A program made the translations under genes and the position numbers. Shown here one piece after another: positions 41,395 to 52,734 of a stretch of DNA of 64,000 nucleotides (the first letter of the stretch is position 1; each line of letters begins with the position of its first letter). Source of the stretch: Antedon mediterranea (lineage: Eukaryota; Animalia; Echinodermata); NCBI RefSeq assembly GCF_964355755.1, contig NC_092673.1, positions 21,015,648 to 21,079,647 on the forward strand, in the 5' to 3' direction. The notes beneath the pieces are model-generated. The model saw only the letters and a list, made by a program, of their open reading frames with translations, searched no databases and had not been told where the DNA came from.

Positions 41395-41742
41395 CTCAAC
41401 TGAAACTTTTAAGAACAGCTTCATCTATAGAGCACCAACATACCTGAATTTGCTACCCACCAAACTAAGAAATGCGGTAACAATAAATAATTTTAAGTCT
41501 GCTCTAAAAAAATATTTAATCCCAAAAGAAAAAACTCACCGTTTTGTATAGTATTGTAGGCTATATTTTTGTAATAAGTACATATATAATATATATTTTT
41601 ATATTTTTTTAAACATAGTTCATCCGTTTTTTTTCCATATAAGTTCTTTTTATAATGTTTATATGAGGCCCCTTGATTTTCAGCTTATGCTGTTTAGGGC
41701 TACCTTCACTAAATAATGTTTAATAAATAAATAAATAAATAA
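41395..41742 (+). mobile_element. LINE (CR1/L2-like) 3' end
   Basis: STETFKNSFIYRAPTYLNLLPTKLRNAVTINNFKSALKKYL, 3'UTR hairpin at ~41665-41708, (TAAA)n tail. Confidence 0.8.
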
Positions 41743-42376
41743 AAAATATGGTAAAAGAAAAAATTTATACCAAACAATTTGTTCAATATTACATTTTGAA
41801 TGATTTTTCTATTTGTGAATCGGCTATAAGCCAGCTGCTGTTTTAAAATATGTCATTAAAAAGATGAAAAGGAAACACATAAACTCGAAATGAGCTTGTA
41901 CTGTATAATGTATGAGAAAAAACAATATCAAAAGTCAACAAGTATCATATTTAAAAAATATTAAAAAAAAGGATCTTGGTTTATGGAACATTGGTGTGAC
42001 ATCATGCTCTTATACTCAAAAGTTTAGTAATGCCAGAAATTATTAGTAATGCCAGAAATTATTAGTAATATTATTTGTGGTTCTCACTGTTGAGAAATAT
42101 GAAATTATTTAAATAATCTTATTTACATTTTTGAATATATTTCTATTGGCTTATATTTATAGTTTAGTTATTTTATTTTCAACCTGTTATTGGTGTTTTA
42201 CATTGTTGGCTTGAAATAAAGAATAAAGAAAAAATAATTGCATACAACATGTAGTTACTGCACCTGCAGTAGAATAATTCTACATTTATATTTGATAAAT
42301 GTATAATACTGCACTAATTTTGGATTGCCTGTACTGTACACATGAAATATATGTATTATATAATATTAATTAAAAT

Positions 42377-45357
42377 TCATTTCTTTTTGTCTGCAGCAAT
42401 AGCTCTCATTCGTGCATAAATTACATCCCAGTCAATGTATATTCCTTGAAGGTGTCGTGGATTTTGGCTTCCTGGTGGAACTGTAAAAGCAGACCGACCG
42501 TGGAGGACCCGGGTGTTGTTAAAACAAGCAGCTTCACCTGCAAAATACCAAATAAACTTAAACATGTTGGAAAGAATTAACTGGAAAGGAACAGTGAGGT
42601 CCATAATACTAGCTTTCAATTTGCGACAACCAACCTAGGTCAGGTCAATCGATGCGTAGTCGGTCGTCGCCTCGACCTATAAACAATCAAACCTGTGCCG
42701 AGCAAAAAAAAACGGATAGCGTAATTTGGACATAGAAAACATCAAACGTGTGCCGAGCCAAGAAACACATGGCGTAATTTGGACCTATAAACCATCAAAC
42801 GTGTGCCGAGCAAAGAAACCCATGGCGTAATTTGGACCTAGAAAACATCAAACCTGTGCCGAGCGGGGAAACACATGGTGTAGTTTGGTTGTCGATCGTC
42901 GAAAATCAAAAGCTTTGTACTAACTGTAGGTGACAGGAGATCACAAGTGGTACTCTCTCCAATATGGCTAGTTGAATCAAAAAACAAAAAAGTTTACGAA
43001 AACAAATATTAAATTAATGTAACATAATCACAGAACAATAAAGTGATTTTTGATAATATAGGAACTAACCTTCTTTTAATTTAAATGATGTAAAGTTATC
43101 TTTCTGGTATAAAGCTGAATTGAAGGTTGCCAATGCATGGTACACCTTCTTCACATCTTCAGGGCCTACACTCATTTGAACACCACGCACATGATTATTA
43201 AAATTGACCTGTTTAATTTGACCTTTTTCATCTAATCTGAAATTAAAATCAATTATTTATATAATAGATACAGCTGAATTTGGAGAACATTTATGGGAAA
43301 ACAGTACATTAACAATGAATTTACCAACATTTTTAGCTTAAAAATATTTTGGCCAAATATGTCTGGTTTTCTGGAAAGTCTGGTACATTTGAAATGAAAT
43401 GTGTTTGTAATGATAAAAACAAATTTAGGACCATTTTGAACTCGAGAAAAGTCGGATATTGGGAGAGTTTCCTGTTTTCAGAAAGTCTGTATTGGGCCGG
43501 GAAGAGTTGACTGTATACAGTATGTCGACACCGATTACAGTATGCGACATAACTGATTAAATTTACATCCTGCAATTAAAACAACTGTAGACAATTATAC
43601 AAACCTAATAATGGGTTTCCAATCAGATAAAACATAGGGTGTGTTTGCTACTTCATCCTTTCCTTCATCAACGAAATTAATATGGACACTGCTTAGAATG
43701 TCATAAATGTCTGGATCTTTTTGCCGTAAGTCGTCAGCAACTTTGAAGCCATCTGCAAACTCGTTTGATCCGCCATGTTCACTGCTTTGAATACAATGTA
43801 ATATTTGAATCTAGACGGAAACAAAACAACCAATTAATGATAGAAAATATCTAATGGTCATTAATTACGGTTTCCTAAAACTACAGAATTATGTGACAAG
43901 GTTACAGTCCCTATTATATAACACACCTGGTTGTATTCTTGCAATTTGATTGGTCAATTACGTATCACGTGTCATTTGGAATTAGCCCAAAAAATGATAT
44001 CTAATGGTGATAATGAACGTGCTCTAATGCTTTTTGTAAACATTTTGAGAGTTTTTGACTGATCTCGTTCAGAAAGCAACTTGCGCGCCGTCTATAACTA
44101 TTCTACTTCACGTCTAAAGTTTGAACACTGCCTATTTTAATGGCCTAGTTTCCCGGCCTAGTATTCGTCAATGATTTACAATGGATGATAAAAGTAGGTT
44201 TGTTATAAAACAAATAAAGGAATGTTTTGTATTTGTTGAATGGAGAGAATATTTCACTCTATTTTCAATACTTACACCAGGTTCATACTTATAAAATGGA
44301 AGATCTGTGTGAAGACAAAGTCTATATGACGTGTATGCTAAGTTGGTTGGGTCTGGGTTTGATTTTACCACAAAATCTTCACTGGAATGAAAAGAAAAAA
44401 CAACAGTTAAATTACAACAGTTAATTTCTGTTAGAGACAAACAAAGCTTCAACATGTGCAAATATTTTTTATCTACAACAAAATTATGTCAACAGCATGT
44501 ACAGTAGTCTGACCATCCAGGGGCCATCACAGACGTGACCTTATCTCCACCCCTTGTGACCTTATCTCCACACATTTGTGACCTATGCTAATTCGATTTC
44601 CTGACAAATGATACTACACAATGAAAATGATTACTACAATAAGCAAAATTCAAATTATATTTTCTCACCCATAACATGTCTGTCGTGGATATGAAACTTT
44701 TTCTGCCAATCTGAACAGGTTCTTGTCGTTATCCCCCAAATTATCTAATATACTGAAACCGTACGTATGGAGACTGGCAAGCCAAGAATATAAACAAGAT
44801 TCGTCTGACATAACATCATGAAAAGAAAATCTTGGCATCTTTTCTTTGGTCATCTCTGAACCCCAGTATTTCACATCCATGTCATCAATCAAATCTAGTG
44901 CAGCAGGGAATTTGACATCTTTTAACCAGTTTACAGGGTATTCACTCTTGTGATCATCTGACCACTGCATAATAATCGAATGACCATCAATGTGCATCTC
45001 AGTCTTTATTGGATGGACATCAATGTCAAGGTTCTCCAGCAGCTGAATTCTGTGCACAGATGATTTGTCGTGGCATTCTGAGCAACGACAATTATCTCTT
45101 AACCAGACAAATGGATAACGAGTCTCTGTATTGTCTGAAAATTGAACACTAATAATGTCTGTGCTTTTATCGACCTTGAATCCAGCAACATTTTGGTTGA
45201 TCGCAGATGCATTATCTCTTACTGATGTGTATAATCGATTCAGGCCATTGTCAAGTGGACGGAATTTGTTCTGTAATCTTTCCCTACAGTTCTGTTGAAA
45301 TACTGAACATGTATTTGAATATCTCAATACTCTTAATAAACTGGACCGAAACATCAT
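42377..45357 (-). CDS. BBOX1: Gamma-butyrobetaine dioxygenase-like Fe(II)/2OG oxygenase, ~442 aa
   Basis: Exons 45357-44669, 44381-44276, 43810-43605, 43236-43070, 42537-42377. Zn domain WLRDNCRCSEC...DDH, NLAYT..LCLHTDLP, PGIQILHCI, FADGF, FNNTRVLHGRSAF. Confidence 0.88.
42675..42888. repeat. ~53-bp tandem repeat, 4 copies, in the last BBOX1 intron
   Basis: gac(c/a)ta..catcaaac(c/g)tgtgccgagc..a(t)ggcgtaatttg starting at ~42675, 42729, 42782 and 42835. Confidence 0.88.
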
Positions 45358-45624
45358 TCCTAAGATTAGGGAAAAAAAATCTTTTTCAGTAACTCATTAT
45401 GGAAAAAGGAGAAATACATTAATCACAAATAAATTTGTAAAAAAGGCAACCAGTCCAGGGTACAATCTAACTATTTATTACTTCATGGTGTTTTTTGTTA
45501 AAACAAACCAATGCTGAAATAATAGTGGATAGGAGAACCATATAGGCACGTCACTCCACATTTGACCTGCCACTCTCCATCTTGCGGTTGCATAACTGAA
45601 CTTTAGCCGATATCGACTAAATAA

Positions 45625-45720
45625 TAATAATACCGACTTGAATTGGTTGATTGAGTCAGATTCTATGACTGTTGACGGTAATTTATTCAAGACATTGCAT
45701 ATATGTTTTGTGTGATGAAG
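45625..45720 (-). mobile_element. Small LINE ORF2 C-terminal fragment
   Basis: ICNVLNKLPSTVIESDSINQFKS resembles the WNxLPxxVVxAxSxNxFK motif. Confidence 0.55.
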
Positions 45721-46116
45721 TACTTTTGTCTGATTTTTAGATGACATATGTCATTATTGTATTATTTAACATTGATAAATTAAATTACTGTGCTTGATTC
45801 ATTAGAGATAAGTGTAATAAGATATTTCTGTATACGCCCATGCCTATAAAACTTACCTATAATTGTAGTAAAAACTAACAAGAACAGCATAAACTGACTA
45901 CACACTAGGCGGTGCCTAACTTAGTACAGTAGTATATTATTATGTCCCGCATGGAGGTAAACCTCTGGATGGGACGGGTATAAAAACGCACACAAAACTG
46001 TTTGAAATTGCCAGACTTATTACACTACGTATAAATATAGGCTAGTATCTTCCATTCCATACCGATAAACGAACAAAACAATTCATTGATTACCAAACAT
46101 AATTATTACTACCTAC

Positions 46117-46373
46117 CTGCATTCAAAGACTCGGATTTCAGAAACACAACTGACTGAACAACCGTTGATCGCCCGTAGAATTGTGCAAGATAAGAAAGAT
46201 TAGCCAATCAGCGAACACAATTATGTATTACTATACCATGATTGGTACATCTTCTAACAAGTTGTCTTTAACAGCAATTATTCCCAGGGTCGTTGCGGTT
46301 CATTGCATGTACACAAAACAAATCCCACCACCACATCACACAACACCACCGCGGCCGCATTACATCGGATTAA
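46117..46373. promoter_or_regulatory. Compact bidirectional promoter, BBOX1-like / ETNK
   Basis: Minus-strand 5'UTR donor CAG|gtaggt at ~46117, oppositely oriented CCAAT boxes at ~46204 and ~46241, ETNK ATG at 46374. Confidence 0.55.
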
Positions 46374-49300
46374 ATGGGTCCTAATAAAGTTGATATACCA
46401 CAAATTGATATTACTGTTAGAGATGGATTTGAAAAAGAAGACTGCCTAAAATTAATGAGTGTTGTGCGACCCAACTGGACTCAAGGCGATATTCAATTTA
46501 AGGTAGAAGACACGTGTACTAAATCTATAGGTCTACGTACTACGGCGGATTCCCACTACTACGGCGGCTACCCCTACTACTCTAGAGTAGGCCTCCTCCA
46601 TCCGGTCCCCAGCCAGCTAGGGGAAAGTTGACCTTGGTCCTAATCCTACAGTATAACTGCTATTCAAGGTGCCTAGAAGTATAGTAGTAGAGTATATATA
46701 GCTAGCCTAGATTAGCAACATCTCTTTATATAGCTATCATTAAAGAAAATTGTTGTTGAAGAATGTAGACAAGGGCCTCTATAAATTATTAACGATATAT
46801 TTTCCAACTGATAAATAATTTTTTCAATTCAATTCAATTTCTTTATTGCTGCAAATGCCATCAAGGGCTAATATCCGCTTAAACATACAACATCATACAA
46901 ATTATAATATACATATTTACATTTAAAATTTAAACACAAAAAATTGTAGTCATTACTAGTACTACTGTTGTAATTTGTAAACAATTTTATGTTTATATTA
47001 TTTTTCTTTAAGTGAATATTACAAAATGATTTATTTGTCATGTTTTTGAGGCAATAAATCATTAATAAGAAATGTTGCATTTTTGTGCACATTATAACCC
47101 AGTGCATTCATATTTATTAAATAAAATATTAAAAACGAGTTTTCACTGTCATAGATATTTACATCGGGAATTACAAACAAGTTGATAGGATGCTACTTGG
47201 GTGAAAATAAGTCCAATATGGTACTTGTCCGCATTTATGGTTTGAAGACCGAAGTGATTATTGACCGTGAAAGCGAGATTAAAACATTTCAAATTCTTTT
47301 TGCTGCCGATTGTGGTCCAGAACTGTACGCTATCTTCAACAATGGACTTTGTTATGATTACATCACTGGTGTGACGCTGACAATGCAAAGTGTTCGTGAT
47401 GAACAGATAGCAAAGTTAGTACCGTAGTTGTTGTAATCAGTACATAAAAGCGGTCTTGTCTGTGAAAATAATTTGACTTGGAGAGGCAAACCAGATAATT
47501 AAAATTTTGTGAACAATTATCATACAGGGGGTAGCCAGCATGAGGCTCGCCTCGTTTGAAATTTTTACCACCCACCACAATTCCCCAGCACATATCGTTT
47601 TTATAGTAATAATTATATTTAAACCATCTTTGCCTTGTCTGTTTTTAACCTTTTGGTATGGCCTTGTCATACCTTTAAATAAGAATAATTTTCTCATTAC
47701 GTTTTTTGTTGTCAATTTTTATACAGGCTCATTGCAAAAGAATTGGTGCGAATGCATTGTATTCAGCCACCAGAGGGTGCTGTTCCAGAACCAACACTCT
47801 TCAAAACACTCAGAAAATGGCAAAAGTCACTTCCAGCCAAATTTGATGACCCTCTTAAAAATGAAAAGTAGTTTTCATCATTTCCTTCTGCAAAATACTT
47901 TTATAAAATTATTCATTCAGACCATTATGGTAAATGATCTTGGTGATGCTAATTTATAACTGGAAAGACAAAGTACACACTGAAAAACTTCTGAGCTGAG
48001 GGCGGCTCCAAATGTTTTTTGAAAAATCAAACAATGCTCATTTTCAATAATCAATAAGTAAAAACTTTTGATTGCCATTTAATAACAATCTTATAAAAAT
48101 TACTTTCATTCTACAGATATTTGAAAGAATATCCTAGTGCTGATATTCTGTCAAAAGAAATCGATTTGTTAGAAGAAGTGTTGACAAAACAAGACAATAA
48201 CAACGTTGTTTTTACACATCATGATCTTCTACTTGAGAACGTTCTCTTCGATAAGGTCAAAGGTAAATTGACTCTATGAAAAATGTATATAAAATTATTA
48301 GTTAGGTACACAGAGTAAAATACGCAAACTCTATCTGGTTTAAAATCTTTATTTTTCAGACAAAGTTTCATTCATTGACTATGAATATGCATCCTACAGC
48401 TACCAAGCTTTTGATATTGCTAACCATTTCAATGAATATGCCGGTAAGTGGAGGATTGAGCGGGAGAGATAAGGTACCTCCTATGGGTACACTAAGATGT
48501 ATTGTCCCTCAAAAACATGAAAAATTAAGATTAATAAAATCAGACTTTGAATATGTTATTTTGTAGTTTTAATAAAGTTAATCACTTCCATAGAATAAAA
48601 ATAATGTTTTCATATATAAAATGACAAAATAAATGATTAAATTCAACCAAAAATCCATTGGCTGGCAGCCAATTTGACAATTTTTTTTGCTTTAAATTAC
48701 ATTTTTTCAGGTAAATACATTTTTTTTCAATCAAAATTTTGGTCAAAGTGGATAACTATTACATTAAAATGGAATATTCAACAAAAAATTTTTACAAATT
48801 TATTTTTTTAGGGGGACAATACATCTTTAAACACTACTGTAAAGAAAAACTGTTATATTGTATGTAAATGTATTCAAATTAATATAAAGAAAGATTTTAA
48901 CTAAAGGTATTGATGAAGTTGACTACAATCTCTATCCTGGAAAAGAGTATCAATTGAAATGGTTGAGAGAATATTTGACCAATTGGAACAAAGCGAAAAA
49001 TATAGATGGACCAATCACAGATGGACAACTAGAAAGCTTTTATGCAACCGTTAATAAGTTTGCATTGGTAGGTTAATATTTAAACACAATTTTCATGTTA
49101 CTTAACAGGGATGTTGTGAACAAAAGGTTTTGTAATCCTAAGTTACAAAATAATGAAGCCACTTCTTAGAGGCGGAGGTGCTAGGGGATGGTATATTTTT
49201 AGACTGGAGGATTCTAAAATCTCTAAAGATTCAACATTTCATTTTCTCTTATAAAGGCTTCTCATATGTTTTGGGGACTATGGGGCATAATACAAGCTTA

Positions 49301-51625
49301 CAACTCTGTCATCGATTTTGACTTTCTACAGTAAGTCTGACCTTATTGAATTAATGTCGATCTTCTTTAAAGTTTATCTATTAAACTGCATGTATTTATA
49401 TGCATCAAATTCATTTACAAGAGCATTTTAATTACATTTTACAAACCAAATAATTAAAAAATTTGGTGGTGTATACTTTTATGGGATGCTAGTCAAGTCG
49501 CCCCATCGCAAAGTCGCCCCATACAAAGTCGCCCCTTACACAGTCGCCCCATCGCAAAGTCGCCCCAAAACAAAGTCGCCCCGACACAGTCGCCCCATCG
49601 CAAAGTCGCCCCATCGCAAAGTCGCCCCATTGCAAAGTCGCCCCAACGCAAAGTCGCCCCATCGCAAAGTCGCCCCATCACAAAGTCGCCCTATCGCAAA
49701 GTCGCCCCAAAACGTTAAAAAATAGTTTACAAGTGCGTAAAATGTCGCAATGATACACAAAATAACACGGAACGTGTAGGCATAAAAAGGGGAAGCCCCG
49801 CCATGTAGTCTCAGGTCACACGATCGGCACGCACCCCCATCCATCATCAGAGAGGAAGCCCCCGACTAATCACTCCGCGGTCGCACTAACGTGCTAGCTT
49901 ACCAGAGGGAAACCCCCGTAATTACTCCGCCGTTGTCGTCGTACTACAACGCACCATCTGAAGATGGGGAAACCCCGCCGGAGTTTTACGATGATATCAG
50001 TCGCGTTCGAAATCGGTCGCGTTTAAATTTAGTCGCGATAAAATGATGTTATACGATCTAGATTATTTTTACTTTGGTCGATGAATATGTATTATTATTA
50101 TTAGGCCTATATTAATAATTTGTAAACATAGTTTAAGATTATAATATTATCCAGCATAATGTCATTTAGCAGTACATAATTATTTAAATGTGAAATATTT
50201 TATAGGAAACGTAGGCTACGTCTGTGTCTTTTATTTTATATGCAACAAATTACGTAAAACAATTTATTTATAAACATTCAGTTTACTATTATATACATAG
50301 TATTACGTAATGAACATTGATTGTAAGCCTGGAAAAAGGCAATCCCATCATTATATCCATTATAAAATTGCATCATATCACCACTATATGTCGTAAATGA
50401 TGACGTGCGTGTGTGTATTCGTCGTACGTCCGTGTACGTATTATTCCGTGCCTCTTCACTGTCTTGTTTAATTTAAAATTAAATAAATACCCGATATGAG
50501 GATATTAGGCATGATAATTAGAATGTTCTAGGCCTAACCAAAGGGGTTGAAAAGAATTTCTTCAGTAAAATGATCATTGTGCTGTTGAATAAAAGGCGAC
50601 TCGCCATCTGAAACATTCTCTGAAACCAATCGGAGCTGCGCCTTCTGGTATCTGTTTCCTCACAGCTGCTACGTCTTTCTGCTGACCGTCGGGGATTCCC
50701 CTTTTTAAAAAACACGCACACGATACTGTACGATGGTTTTTCCATGGTCAAAATGTAGCGTTTTAATTTTACTAAAATACCTGCAAGTAAAACAATCATA
50801 TCGGCGATGAAATCCTTTTTTTTTTTATTTCTTTATTTTGAAGTGTCATTATAAAAATAATTAAGACACATAACTTGTCAATAAATGCAAAATGATCAAT
50901 AAGTAGCCTATAACACTCATTGTCTTACAACACTGTTATTGTTTTAACTACTGTAAATCTATAGGAAGGCCTAGGCTACTACACATTTATACATTTATTA
51001 TATTATCCTAAAAAATTAGCTGGTATCCACGCGTAGGTTGAAGAAAGATTCGTAATTGTGGCTCTGGTAACTAATTTTAAAATCATATTAAATTAACATT
51101 TTCGAAACTATAAATCAGGGATAATCTTTTTAGAACTTTCAAACAAGGGACCATTTTTTTAATGATTTTTAAAAAGCACATCACTCCATTAAAACCTGTA
51201 AAATAAAAATTAAAACACAAATTATGTATATAGGATAAACATTATACTGTATACGACATTAGCGCGACCAAAGTAACAACGCAATCGATATCAAACGCAA
51301 CCAATATGATTAAAACCGTGGGCGACTTTGCGTTGGGGCGACTTTGCGATGGGGCGAATTTGCGATGGGGCGACTTTGTAATGGGGCGACTTTGCGATGG
51401 GGCGACTGTGCCGGGGCGACTTTGTTTTGGGGCGACTTTGCGATGGGGCGACTTTGTATTGGGCGACTTTGTATGGGGCGACTTTGCGATGGGGCGACTT
51501 GACTGGATCCCCTTTTATGAACTACCAAATTAAGTAGTACAATAAATCTGTTATTTTTTGTTAGATATGGTATTATACGTTTAGATGAATACTACAAGAA
51601 GAAGGGAGAATTTCTGGCTTTGTAA
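46374..51625 (+). CDS. ETNK1: Ethanolamine kinase, ~351 aa
   Basis: Exons 46374-46502, 47155-47414, 47727-47867, 48117-48262, 48360-48443, 48907-49067, 49257-49330, 51565-51625. FTSGITNKL, VLVRIYG.KTE..IDR, HHDLL..N, FIDYEYA, AFDIANHFNEYAG, SHMFWGLW, IDFDFLQY. Confidence 0.93.
49484..51510. mobile_element. Foldback/Mutator-type element with tandem-repeat TIRs, in the last ETNK intron
   Basis: Arms 49484-49708 and 51320-51510 are inverted arrays of (CAAAGTCGCCCCATCG)n. Flanks ACTTTTATG (49475-83) and CCTTTTATG (51511-19) form an 8-9 bp TSD. Confidence 0.88.
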
Positions 51626-52371
51626 CGCACATCAGGGTCCACCTATCAATACCTCATTTGACGATCAATACCTCAATTTGACTTATTGTCTTTGTCTACT
51701 TACTAATTGGCTGACATTTTTTTAAATAATGAAATATATACTATTAATACCAGAATTTTAATTGTTCTGTTCTATTTTTTATCCTTTATTTTGCTGATTT
51801 CAATAAATATTTATTGAACTTGTACTAGAAATAAAAAGCTAACTTTAAACAAAAAAGAAACGTAACGCAACATAAGTAACGCACGAGAAGATAAGCAAAC
51901 AAATATAACCATGAGACACAAAAGTAAAAAAAACATTTTAAAATTTTTTTTTTTGTTCGCATTTTAAAATAATGTATTGTATATAGGGTAAACATTGAAT
52001 TATATATCTAAAAAATACATACTGAAAATAATTATATAACATTAGTAAATGTATCTTCTGCAGGGATCCATTCTGCAGTACATTTATTAGTTAAGCGTTT
52101 ACATTTTTAGATGTTGAGAATTATAGAACAAAAAAAACATTAGAAAATTAGGAAAAAGGGTGGATAACAGAAAAGAAATATTAATGTTCAGATTCTAAGA
52201 ACAGTAACAAAATAAAATAGATAAAATAACATAATGTAAATATAAATCCAAAGGCAAATTACTGAAAAAAATGACAATGCTGTGGGTATCAGTGGCTGGA
52301 TCTCAATGGAGATACAAAAATAAAAAGCGAAAAGCTAAATCAAAACGATAAAGTAAACAGCCAGAAAAGTT

Positions 52372-52734
52372 AGCAGAGCTTTCGGGCAACACTGTGAGTG
52401 AGTGTGGCCGAGCGGTTAAGACAGTGGAACCGTAATCACGTAGCCATAACATCGGCAGGGGTTCGAGGCTCACTCACTCCATGGTTCTGGTGGTAGAAAA
52501 CGAGTCTTCTCGGATAAGGACTATAAACCGTAGGTCCAGTGTACACAACTTGCTCGTGTGCACTTTAAAGAACCTAGTACATCTTTCGAGACGAGTAGGG
52601 GGTTACCCCGGTGTATTAGTACATCACAGCCACTGATCACCAACTGGGCCCTCTGGGAGATCAGTCTTTGACTGAAGACTAGGTTACCCAGTATAAAGAT
52701 AAAACAAACAAACACTAGCCCTTCATCAGTGCAA
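52372..52734 (-). ncRNA. Hammerhead ribozyme motif interrupted by the SINE
   Basis: Removing the SINE and one TSD gives GCA-CTGATGA-A-GGGC-tagtgtt-GCCC-GAAA-GC-TC-TGC on the minus strand. Confidence 0.8.
52394..52710 (+). mobile_element. Full-length tRNA-derived SINE with AACACT TSD
   Basis: A box TGGCCGAGCGG, B box GGTTCGAGGC, (AAAC)n tail, AACACT at 52388-93 and 52711-16. Confidence 0.9.

Noticed and set aside
42675-42888. Possible CRISPR-like array (also considered for 10143-10483 and 55059-56100)
   Set aside because: The intervening segments are similar to each other rather than unique spacers; eukaryotic context; no cas genes.
49486-51533. QSRP/KVAP-repeat ORFs resembling SR or protamine-like proteins
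   Set aside because: Translations of the foldback TIR arrays, mirrored at both ends of the element.
52394-52481. tRNA gene
   Set aside because: The tRNA-like head has an irregular anticodon arm and is followed by a shared body, an (AAAC)n tail and a TSD, so it is a SINE.
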